Of a DNA stretch of 64,000 nt, positions 26,124 through 37,924 are shown one piece after another. Location: positions 186,001 to 250,000 of the forward strand of contig NW_026854772.1 in assembly GCF_026571515.1 (NCBI RefSeq), in the 5' to 3' direction. The translations under genes were made by a program, and so were the position numbers. The notes beneath the pieces are model-generated. The model had not been told where the DNA came from and did no database searches. It was given only the letters and a program-made list of their open reading frames with translations. This DNA is from Ruditapes philippinarum. Taxonomy: Eukaryota. Positions within the stretch are counted from its first letter, which is position 1, and each line of letters begins with the position of its first letter.

Positions 26124-27704
26124 TTTATTTATACTGGCTGCAGGAATAAACCATATGCTCCAGATTATCTGCGCACTTGCTTGTCCGTCTGTAGAGCCCA
26201 CAGCGGCGACTTTGACCTGGGTTCATTCGTTGGTGGTGAGCGGAGACGACAATACTTGCAAGGCCTCATCTATCATCTATTATAACAAAAATAGGCCATG
26301 TTAGCGCCACCCTCCCAGGTGAACCAATCGTTCCTGGTACTTTATGTGGCTTGATCTTGACTTGACCTTGACCTGTCGTGTGCCCTCTCCGTGTACGCCT
26401 TGAGAGGGGGGGGGGGGTCCAATATTTCCAACAGAGGAACCAACCCGGATCCCGTATCGCATGAAAAGCATTCAAAATAACTCATGAATTGTGCAAAAGT
26501 AAATGAGCCGATAAATCAGTTCCACAAAGCATGCAGGGGTCCAAAAGGCTACAAACACGGACTTTGAAAATCTAAATCTTACGTACATCAACCTTGGCAC
26601 TTAAAACGGAAATATGTAACAGATAATAAAAAAGATTGACTCAGAATTAAATCGAAGATGTTTTCATTTTTATGTCTTTTTGCACTAAAATGATTATTCT
26701 GTAAAAAAAACGGAGTGAGCGAATGATCTGAAATTTTGCATAAAGACCAACATCAAATCGAGTAAAACTCTAAAAAAACTGTTTTAAGATTAATATTTTA
26801 GGCGCATGGAAATAATGTTAATGGTCATTAGTGATGTCATGACATGATTGATCATCCCGTAACGCAGCAATGTGGAAATGGCGTCTCACGCATAGTGATT
26901 ATCTCCCTTGACTGTACTGATAAGGGGAGATCACTGCTTAGGAGATTACGAAGAATGGGCTAGCGCTAAGGACGCCGCTGTTGAGGTAACAAACAGCGGA
27001 ACAGCATGGGCGCAGAATTCTGGCCAATATAGATACATGTACGTCCCGCTGGTCATCATAGATAACCTCGTCGAAAAAATAAACTGCAATAAATATCGAA
27101 AGTAGCGCCGTATAGCCGAGACGAGCAACACGGTAAGTTAACAGAGCAATGTAGTTTAAAACAAATAAAAAAAATGAATAAATTGACATTAAGTATTTTA
27201 TTAAACTTATTGGACTTAAGGAAAAATAATAACATCGCCCATTTCCCGTATTTCACTATTTAACAGAGGGTATATATAATAAATGGAAAATTGCAATTGT
27301 GTTACCCTGGTGGGGTGCGTATCACTCACGTTCATTGCGAAAAGTTGGATTCAAACTCATGTTGCGCTGTTGCGGGTTCGCGGGCCCAAATACCTCATAC
27401 ATGTATGATTGCATATATTGTCACTCCTATCGCCTACATGTTGAACAATATTCTGAGTAAAAAAAACGAAAAAAACTTATAAATCTTTTTGACATTCTTA
27501 AACGTAACATAATTTGTCATAAACTACAAGAAAACATGAAATGTGTCCAAAGAAAATGAATTACATGTAATTACTAAATTCAGAAATGATCAAAGCATTA
27601 TTTTGCAAATCATTCTATAATACATAAATGTGCATTTGTTTACGTATATTTTCTGCTTTTTTTTAACCAACTAACGTTTGTCCACATCACAATCGTTCAA
27701 TCAT

Positions 27705-27785
27705 CTACAGACGTGCCATGTTACATCATGTAATGTGCGTGAACTCCGTGCATGTCACGTGCTATCGAGTAGTATATATAGTCTG
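27705..27785 (+). promoter_or_regulatory. Promoter of Gly/Tyr-rich gene copy 1 (E-box + TATA)
   Basis: CACGTG at 27756-27761 and TATATATA at 27773-27780. The downstream TCTGCCGAAAA is conserved in copies 2 and 3. Confidence 0.6.
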
Positions 27786-27861
27786 CCGAAAAGAAACGTT
27801 TACATATCTCCATCGTCTTTCAAAGTCGTCTGCTTCTCTAACAGAAGAAAACTTAGCCAAA

Positions 27862-29946
27862 ATGAAATTCTTCGCCATTGCACTTTTATTGGTTGCACTC
27901 TGTGTTGCCAACAGTGAAGGTAAGAGTCTTTTCGAATTACATGTGTATTAAAAAAAATCACTTTTTGACTATATATTTTATAGGGTATAGAGCTGTGTTT
28001 AGGGTGTCTCAAATGTGCCGAATAATTTTTATTGTGATATTAAAATACTGTCCATTACAACTCTAAATATCTTAAATGGACTTGTATATCTTTTAATCTG
28101 GAGAAAACCATGCATTATTTTAGGGAATATTTCAAAACGTTACGGACGGAATAGTAAAAAGTGCAGACCATGATCAGATGTCACAGATATGTCGGTCGAT
28201 CTTGGTCTGCACTGGTTGCAACGGTAGATTCAGATACTACCGATATGACAGGACTCGAAATTGATATACCATTTCATGAAGGTCTGGGTCACTAACTTGT
28301 GTGCAAAATTTTAGATCTTTCGCTTATTCGTTTTTTTTAAAAATTTCAGAATAGTTATTTTTATTATGAAAGATGTTTTCCAAATATGAAAAGCGTATCT
28401 AAACGCTTTAACATAATATTGAGCTTAGATACGAGCAAAAGTATGCTGTTGTTGTTTTTTTTAAATTTTATTCAGGGTATTTTTTTGTTATATTTTTGTA
28501 ATATCTTTTCATTTTAAGTATCCCAGTTCATCATTGTAAGAAGTTCAAATTTTATGTCTTTAGGCTTATTAGTATACCTTTGTGGGGTTATTATAATTTG
28601 TATTTGTTAAAGTTTAATGAAAACTAAACTCACTTAAATTAGCAATGGAATATTTTTGATTTGGAACGTTTTATTCGGTTATTTACAATATTCTGGAAAG
28701 GTAAGGCAACAATACTGAACTTCAAAAGTGTATAAGTTGTACAGCTTTTGACAAAGAATAAATTTTCTTCGATTTTTCTTATTATTATTTGTTGTTGTTG
28801 TTGTTGTTTTATTTGGTAGTTTCAATTATAACTTTTTGTTGTTGTAAGGGTTATACTAAAGTAATTACTGATAATCTTACGCGTATTTTATGAAAAATAA
28901 ACATACTTAAATTTGTACTACATGATCAAATATTAAATTGACACGTAAATATGTTGGCCACTGACCTTTAAACATGTAAAAACTTACCAAAACTATTTAT
29001 GCATGATATTATATTATGTTTATTTAATTAAGTCAGTTGGACATAATATAAATTATATATTTGATAAAAATGTGTAATATCGGTTCACATAATGTTCCAT
29101 GAAACCGATCAAAGTGTTATAACGGCAATTTTATTTAGACTTTATTCAACATGTTCAAGTCCCTTGTAGGCCCCTGGTAGATTTAAAATTAAGATGCCAT
29201 AACATTATTCATACTATACGTAATGAAAATGAAAAAGTGAAAAGCATTGGAACGCTTTTCACTAAAATTGGGCTTTGAAAAGCACAAAATACGATTTTCT
29301 TATATATTTCATATTTCATATCAACTTTTGCATATCTGTCTGTTTTAAGTACCCCAGCTGATCTGTGTAAGAAAGTTGAAATGTAACGTCTTTATACTTT
29401 TGAACCTCAGTTGATTTCCTTTTTTCTTTATATGAAAAGACGATTTATATCAGCTCCTTTAAACACTTGATTATTTCATATTATACTACATTCATAGTGA
29501 TTGACGTGACGTTTGGTTATCACATGACGTAAGTGACGTCCTTACGGTGTACGTCTTAATAACAGAATTCCAGTTTTGTGACACATAAGCCGCGTTTTTC
29601 TCTTTTGCTTGACTTAAAAAACAAATTATGATGAAGTTGTTTCTCTTTCTTTTTGTAAGCGTTCTGGAAAAAGAGATGCAAGCACTGTAAGTGGGGATAC
29701 GGCGGTGGTTACGGCGGCGGATACGGAGGTGGATATGGCGGCGGATACGGCGGTGGTTACGGCGGAGGTTACGGTGGTGGATACGGTGCAGGTTACGGCG
29801 GCGGATACGGGGCTGGATACGGCGGCGGATACGGGGCTGGATACGGCGGCGGATACGGCGGCGGGTATGGCGGCGGTTACGGTGGCGGTTATGGCGGTGG
29901 TTACGGTGGCGGTTACGGCGGTAGACATGGCTGGAAAAAATACTAA
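27862..29946 (+). CDS. Secreted Gly/Tyr-rich protein, copy 1 (114 aa; KRMP/shematrin-like architecture)
   Basis: Exon 27862-27919 encodes MKFFAIALLLVALCVANSE (GTAAGA donor, phase 1). Exon 29660-29946 encodes AFWKKRCKHCKWGY-[G(G/A)GY]x18-GGRHGWKKY*. AATAAA at ~30055. Confidence 0.9.
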
Positions 29947-32437
29947 TCAAAGAAGGACTATTGAATTCCTTGCCTTAAGTCAATATGCTACCGGAATACA
30001 GACACGCTCGCCTCAACATGTTTGATTTGCTGTACACATCTCAAATTTTTTTGTAATAAAAACTTTTTTATTCAAGCATCAAATATGTTTCATTGTCGTT
30101 TTCTGTGGGCTCCATCCATTTTTTTAAAGTCTATTACCTTCTACGTAATCAGTATTCATAAAAACAAGTAGAAATGACCTCGTCATCATCACAATTATTT
30201 CTTATTCATAGAGTCACACATCATTATTTCTTTGTATGACGGGGTTGAAGCGTAGGGGAACACTGGCTTATCAATCTTAACGTCGAATAATTAGTGCAGT
30301 GTATATAAGCATAAATATGTAATATAGTAATAGCATAGCGACAAGACTTTTATTATTAAGAAATATCATAGCTTGGTCCCGAGAACATTTTCTGTAGAGA
30401 AAGCCCAAGTTGGATATACTATAACTGTTTTATCGCATGATAAACAGAATTAAGAATTTTGATTAGACATAAAACTTTGAGTATATTTTTTTCGCATAAC
30501 AGTCTTGTTGCTATACTATGCTATAACAATTACTTTTTGCATCATGATGAGGTGAATATCCGAGTCTATGGACCTAGATAATACTGGAACCACCAAACTA
30601 GAAAACAAGTCAGAGTGCAAGGAACATAACAATAATGTCATTCACGATTGGTTTCTAATAATAGAAGGCTAAATTTAGTGTCACGCTAAATGATGTTGTT
30701 TGTTGATAATAATATTACCCAGAGTCGGGGGAAATATCACTTGCTGTTGTGCGCATCACCCTTTTTTCTTTCTTGAAACAAACAAGATATATATTATCAT
30801 TTATGTTAGCGCTTTCCCCTTTTCAATGCCACTTTTTATATACTCGCAAAGCAATGCCATTTAAAACACTTAAGTGTGTCTTTCCAAATAAACATTAACT
30901 TTCCCAAGTTTCCTACAACAACTTACTGTTGTTTGCCATTGCCAAAGAGGTAAGCAATTATTACGCATTATTTTACTTGGGGATCATTTCATGGAATGCC
31001 ATTGTGTCATATTGAAAGTTCCTTGATAACCGCCGTATAAACACATCTTCGGATGTGTCTAAATTCTAATTTATATCACCATTTTCATGTTTGAAAGTTG
31101 AATTCTGCTATTTAAGTCAGTGTTAAGGGTGCAGACTGTAGTTTGCACTTTCCAGTACCTTTCATGAATAGACACAATCAAACCGAGCCTGAAGCCCTTT
31201 CAATTTTGCCGTTTGGGGCGTTCTTTAGGGACTCATTTTTTATATTTTGTGGGTTCAAAAGTTGCGTTCTTTGAAGAAATTCAAAAATAGGCCTACTCCT
31301 TGTAATTTTCAGTGGGGATCACATATCATTTAGATACACACCATAAAGTCCATTCTTATTGACCCCATAGAAGTAAACATATTTGGGTACATAACTTGTC
31401 AGGGAAGATCATCCTTATCGACATGACTTTGAGTAAATTCCCTTAGAAGCATATACACCATTTTTTATCAAAGGAATTTACTCTTGTCGACAACATTATG
31501 CTTCAAAAATATTACTTACCTTAGAAACACATACGCCATTGATATTTATCAGGGACGATCGATAATTATTATCAACAAAAGGTAAGTTTCCTTATAGATG
31601 CATGCATGCATGCCTTTTGTAATTACCAGGGAGACCATTCTTATCCACTTGACTTTGCTCTTCTCAGGAGCATACACGCCATCTCTAATTTTATCCATTT
31701 TTTAATCCAAAATTAACTTCTTTTAGAATATGCACGCCATTTAAATAATAAAACCGTTTACCTTAGAATTATGCACGTTATTTGCAATTATTAGGGGAGA
31801 CCATCTAACCCTAACCGTATCGAACTAATTTTGCTCTCAAGAGCTACTTTCCTTCGAATTATCAGGAACAATATTGCTTTCAAGAATTACTTATCTTTGA
31901 AGCTGTGACGTCATCCATTCCCTATATTGCATCGGACTCCTGGCAACATCATTTTTATCTTTACTTTAAAAAAATATTTCAACAGACTGTAAGGCATACA
32001 AAAAATATACAACAATAACGAAATTAAGGAGTCCCTCAGGGACATTGCAAACAACGAAAACTACTTAGTTACAAGTTGAGCGATTGCAATCTCATGAACT
32101 ACAAAATAATAACACGAAAAAGAAGAGTAAACGGAATTATTGAATCAAGTATCATACATGAGACTTAGTCTTGTGTTAAAGCAATATATTGCCGATTATT
32201 TCCCGTAATACAGAACAATGCACCATGCGCACTGGCTTATACAAATGTACTTTTTTCAAATACGAGTGTCCTACCAGAAACATCATAAAAATCTAGTTTA
32301 ACATCGAATATTTAATAACCAATTCAACAGTTAATATAACTGATTACATAAAATATAATGTCCGTGAACAATAAACTATCCATTGGTGTAGATTTTAATG
32401 TGCTACACCAATTACTGTTACACTATATAGACGAATT

Positions 32438-32625
32438 TAGTTTTTACACCATGTACACATTTATTTTAGTTCGATTGTGTTGGAAGCTATAAGCTTATTG
32501 AAACACTCTCGAATCCGTTCCTGGAACCAACCAGTACTAAGCAATGGAGGTGAAGTTTCTTACTCAAGAAACAACAGCTTGCCCCTGACAGGGTTTGAAC
32601 CCACGCGGTCAGCAATCCTTAGATT
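32438..32625 (-). mobile_element. SINE insertion specific to unit A
   Basis: Same family as 60-210. Flanked by direct repeat TAGACGAATT (32428-32437, 32626-32635). Absent at ~52480. Confidence 0.75.
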
Positions 32626-34042
32626 TAGACGAATTACAATTTATTTAAAATTGGATTTGACCAAATGACGGTTTGATATGCCAAAACACACCTCCGGATA
32701 AAACCTGGAGCAGACGGATATAAAATTTGCACTAAGTCTTAATTTCCCACAATACGGTGCGTTACACCACACACGGAGCAAATGGTTTGGGTTATGGTCA
32801 TAACTGATACATTGTCCGGCCGGAGGCCGGTCTGTTTTCAGTTTTATTTCCTGTAAAATATACAGGGAAGAACTGAATATAAGAAGAGTTTTCATTGGTC
32901 GTTTTAAAATTACAAAATAAAATCTGGGAATCTCATTGGCCATTCTAAAATTAAACGTAAAGGATAGTTCTTTTCATTCTAAGACAGTTCTAAACTAAAA
33001 TGTAAAGGATATGTCTAAGATAAACTGTACATTTAAGTTCTGTTTAATAATACTTCTTGCATTCAGATCTCATTACATTTTCTACTGAACAGTTTATTTT
33101 ACGTAAGAACTTACAGAGTTTATTTTACACAAGATCTGAGTGTGAAATTTTGTCATTAATAACGAGAATAATCAGAACTTATCAGGTAATGTTCAATAAG
33201 TGTTTAATTTATTATATGATTATTGATGTGTTCAATTGATGTAATGTTTATAAATTTTATATATGTTTGCATAGTAATCAAATATTTATAAAAAAATATT
33301 GCTTTACCGACTGCCTAGATGTTAGTGTTAGATTATGAGTTCACATTTCGAAACACGATATGTTTGTTTAGAAACACATACATCTTAAAGTGTTCCATGT
33401 GTCACGATTAATAACCCTATAAGAAATTATTATGCCATTGTTATGCAAGCTATGCTAACATTTCTATATGACTTTGCATGAAAAACTAAGAACTAGCACA
33501 ATTGTGCAAGTTAACCAGTTTTACTCGGGCCGAGTTTCTTTTTTTTTTTTAAAGATACTTCTTGTTTCTATCAGTGATTCTTTTATAAACCCGGTATTCT
33601 TTAAAACTTGCAAGTATTTAAACACACTGAATAAACAAACATATTAAATTTGAATTAAATTGAAACAATATCAACAAGAAACAGTAGTAAATATCATTGA
33701 AATAAAAGCAGAAACTTTGTCTCTTGGACAGCATTGTTTAATGTTCATGGCTGGGCAAATACAAAATTTATTGCATTGTGCATGAAATGCAAATGTACTG
33801 AACCCTTACCCTGATGGAGCCGGAAGTTACTAGTATTTTCCACAAGTTTAGACCTAGGTCAATCTGCATGCCCGTACAGTCTTATCAGGTTCTATGTTGC
33901 TTCCTGACTAATTATAAGAAATTTTAACAATTTAAAAACAATATTTTTTATTTTAAGAATTATCAGTAGTTGCTCATTATAATAAGTTATGCATATATAA
34001 ACATACGAATTTTTAATCTTTAATCTATAAACTCTTAAGATA

Positions 34043-34093
<51 letters not shown>
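34043..34093. repeat. (TAAA)n microsatellite
   Basis: About 12 perfect units. Confidence 0.95.
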
Positions 34094-34094
<1 letters not shown>

Positions 34095-34504
34095 ACTAAC
34101 TTCCATGATATATGTGATATCTGTACATCCAATTCAAACTGTTTTGAGATTTTTTTAAACAAACACTAAAAATATACTTCAGCAGTTTAGTATTTCCATG
34201 TCTTTCAAATATCCTAAGAAATAACGTATTTGATAATGAAAAGTAATTGTGTCTGTTTTATGAATAGTTTAAAGAAATTGTTTTAAAAAGGCAAACAACA
34301 ACATAAACATTTAACATGAGAACATTAAAGAACACCTGCATTATCTCAATATGCACCAATTAACTTTAAAATATGAATTAAAAATATCTTTTTACTCAAA
34401 ATTCAGATCCATGATCGATCTACAATATTGAATCTTTGTTATATATTTGAAAGAAAATGCCTATAAATCGTACTTCAAACGAAAAACGTACGGCGTTACG
34501 ATAC

Positions 34505-34570
34505 ATTGTGCACGTGAATCAAGTGCGGGTTATGTTCAGTATTGTTTCTTTAACGGTATAAATACTCTGC
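34505..34570 (+). promoter_or_regulatory. Promoter of Gly/Tyr-rich gene copy 2 (paired E-boxes + TATA)
   Basis: CACGTG at 34511-34516, CAAGTG at 34520-34525 and TATAAATA at 34557-34564. Confidence 0.65.
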
Positions 34571-34647
34571 CGAAAAAGAAAATTGTCAGATCACCACCAT
34601 TGTCTTTCGAAGTCGTCAGCTGTTCTGATAGAAAATAGTTCGCCACA

Positions 34648-35002
34648 ATGAAATTCTACGCCATTGCTCTTTTACTGGTTGTACTCTGTGTTGCCAACAG
34701 TGAAGGTAAGTGAAGTTTATTTAAACTAAAAATGAAAAGCTTGTTTTTACTTCATCTTAGATGGCTGATCAGATGACCTTTTATCTTCCTTTTCATTTTT
34801 TTGACAAGAAAATACTCATACATATGTAAACATTTTTTTTGTATTTTAATATTTAATGTATATTTCAAACAGATATTAATTTATCTTATCGTCCTTAAAA
34901 CAGTAACAAAATTATTTCTAATAAATATAAATTATAACTATAATATAGAAAATATTTGTTTGTTTGTGTGTTAGATGAAATTTTATTTCATCGAGTGAGC
35001 TT

Positions 35003-35035
<33 letters not shown>

Positions 35036-36383
35036 AACAGTATTTTCACGGGTGGCGTAGCCACGAGTGAGAATACTGTTTTAAAGTTCACGAGATGAAA
35101 TAAAATTACACATTACACAACAAACAAACAGATTTTCTTTTTATTCTATGCTTAAAACAAGTTTTTAAAAATGAAACTTCCTCAATATTAACTTTAACAT
35201 TAAAATCTGTTTCCCCCACTGGTAGCCTCATTTTAGTCGACTTACATGGAAAATAAGTTCGACAATCAACGTTAAATGTCGATGATATTATTTATTTTAT
35301 TGCCGAAACATGAACGATCCTTTATTTTAAAAATTGAAACAAACAATTTTAGTAGAAGAAAAAGTCACACCTATCGATGTTATTTCCGTTACTTACGGCA
35401 AATTTATATTACTATAGACAAGGCTACGAGTAATATAAGCGACCGCCATTTTTAAAAGTAAGGAAAATAATTGTGTTTGATTCAGAGGGATATCTTTTGG
35501 ATTTGTTAATCATACATCTTTCATAACAAAGGAAACTTATTGGAGGATTGTGTATTTTTCAGACGGTAAAAATGAAACAAAAACTTTAGAGACGATAATT
35601 GGTGATTGGTAATTTGTATGAATTTAAGTTTGAAATTTAGGTAATTCATCTACTACAAATTTGCTTTTCTCTAAACAGCCCTGACAGTGTCAGAAATGTT
35701 GGTAAATAATTGAGGTGCCACATGGGGAAGATCTTAAAAAAGTAATCTCGTCTTTGAAAAGTGTGAAATTATATTTTGATAATTTTCACTGTGAAATTAT
35801 CAAATACAATTTTCACGGATAAATCAGTAATCCACTCAAAGGCATAAAATATATATATATGACTAATAGAATGGTTACCTAGCAAACATATGGATATGCA
35901 TATCTTTTATGTAAATTTACATAATAAAATGTTATTATCGTAGGTTTAGTGTTTAACAAATTATCGAAAATCTGGAGCTTTGATTTATTTTCATGAATTT
36001 GTCATTTGCGATTATTCATTATTTCTCTCTGAACACGATTTTTAATGAATTATTTTTCACTTATAATTTCAGCATTCTGGAAAAAGAAATGCAAAAAATG
36101 TAAGTGGGGATACGGCGGTGGTGGAGGCGGCGGAGGAGGATATGGGGGCGGCGGCGGTGGCGGCTATGGTGGTGGTTACGGCGGCGGCTATGGCGGCGGT
36201 TACGGAGGCGGTGCTGGGGGCGGCTACGGAGGCGGAGCAGGGGGCGGCTACGGCGCAGGATATGGAGGCGGCTATGGTGCCGGTTATGGTGGTGGCTACG
36301 GAGGCGGGGCTGGTGGCGGCTACGGAGGCGGAGCTGGAGGCGGCTACGGAGGTGGTCGTGGGCATGGCTGGAAAAAATACTAA
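34648..36383 (+). CDS. Secreted Gly/Tyr-rich protein, copy 2 (122 aa)
   Basis: Exon 34648-34705 (MKFYAIALLLVVLCVANSE, GTAAGT donor) and exon 36073-36383 (TTTCAG acceptor; AFWKKKCKKCKWGY-Gly/Tyr repeats-GGGRGHGWKKY*). AATAAA at ~36482. Confidence 0.92.
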
Positions 36384-37924
36384 ATTTCCTGATGATTTCA
36401 CTAAAGGAATATATTATTTTTTTCGACGACCTACCGATATAACATGACCGACAGTCAACACTTGTTTATATGTAGCACATTAATAAACACTGTTAGCATT
36501 TAAAATGTTATTTTGTATTTTTGTTTTATTTAATTTTTGTAATTTTGTTGGCCAAACGCTGATAATCGGAACACTTTTGAAAAGCCCAGTGTAGCCAAAG
36601 TATGGTGGAAAATGATAAAAAGTAGCCATTACTCTACATGCATCAAAACATCAAAAACATTTCCCTATGATGTTAATTCTTAATAGTTTGAATTGAAAAA
36701 GGAACAGAAATGAAATCTATAACTGAGCTAACAACCTCTTATTTTAGACTAACGCGTTTACATTAACATACTAGGACAGAGCAATAGGTAAAATTTCGAA
36801 ATAATGCTTCCCTGAAAATAAGTGCACTTGTTTATAAAAAGGATAATAGAAAATCAAAGATCCTATTTTATTGATTGCGGCAGAACGTGTTTTTTGATAA
36901 AACAACGGAAGCATGCCGCGGTCTGTATAAGACCCTCCTCCGCGTATACAGTACATGTATATGCATACTAGACCTGACACCCCCTTTACAGCTCACTCAA
37001 TAAACTCACCTTACTTCAGAAAGAAAGTAAGCGATAGTGAAACATTCGACCGATGCGCAGGAGAGTAACTAAACGTCTTTGGTACATTATTGTAAATTCT
37101 CATGTTTTTTTTATAAAACAAAAGAAGCTAAAAACTATCCTACGAGTCCTTGTTACCGTAAACAAATGCCACGTGACATGTAACTAGATTAAAAAATTAC
37201 AAGTACAACAACCACAATTGCAAACATCAAAACGTAATTATAAGGTTGTTAGAATAAACTATAGAAATGAATGTTTCGAACCTTTTTAAATCTTATTGGC
37301 TAACCTGACAAAGCAAACAAATAGAAAATGTTGAAAAGATTGAAAATTAAAGCATTTCGGCTAGTGAAACATCGCAGAACATAAAAATGTAAGCATCAAT
37401 ACTTTAAGATGGATAATCACATGGCATTTGTTTACTACATGTAATATTACTGGGTTACCACTAATTGCTGCGCGGTATTTGTTTGTTTTATTTATATCAA
37501 TTTCAACATCAATATTTGAATAGCAAACAGGCCCCAATGATACTATTGGTCTTGCATTTTTCCCGGCGTGTTTGCAGAAAATGTGTCATAATATCAACGT
37601 ATATTTTCATCAAAATATTTCCGCATTGAAAAACAATTATGTACCATTGAAATCGACAGATATTTGCCTGTAACATTGAAATTTAAAAGAATATAACGAA
37701 AATTAGCAAATACATTTTAAATCATCGGAGCGGCCATGAGTGGCGGTAAGCAAATGCCACGTGATAAACCAGTCTGGTAAAAACATGTATACATGAACTA
37801 CATCAATATGATTTCATCTTTTGCAAGGTCTTACTCACTGAATACATATTTGCCATAATTTAAAAACCTATAAGAATCCATGATAGCCGTAGACCACTCA
37901 CACTCACCTTAAAATCATCGCTTA

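Noticed and set aside
29492-30025. Arg-rich (protamine-like) and Ala/Thr/Val-rich ORFs, also at 36069-36447 and 54117-54443
   Set aside because: These are shadow frames of the GGN-GGN-GGN-TAY repeat. Only the Gly/Tyr frame joins the signal-peptide exon.
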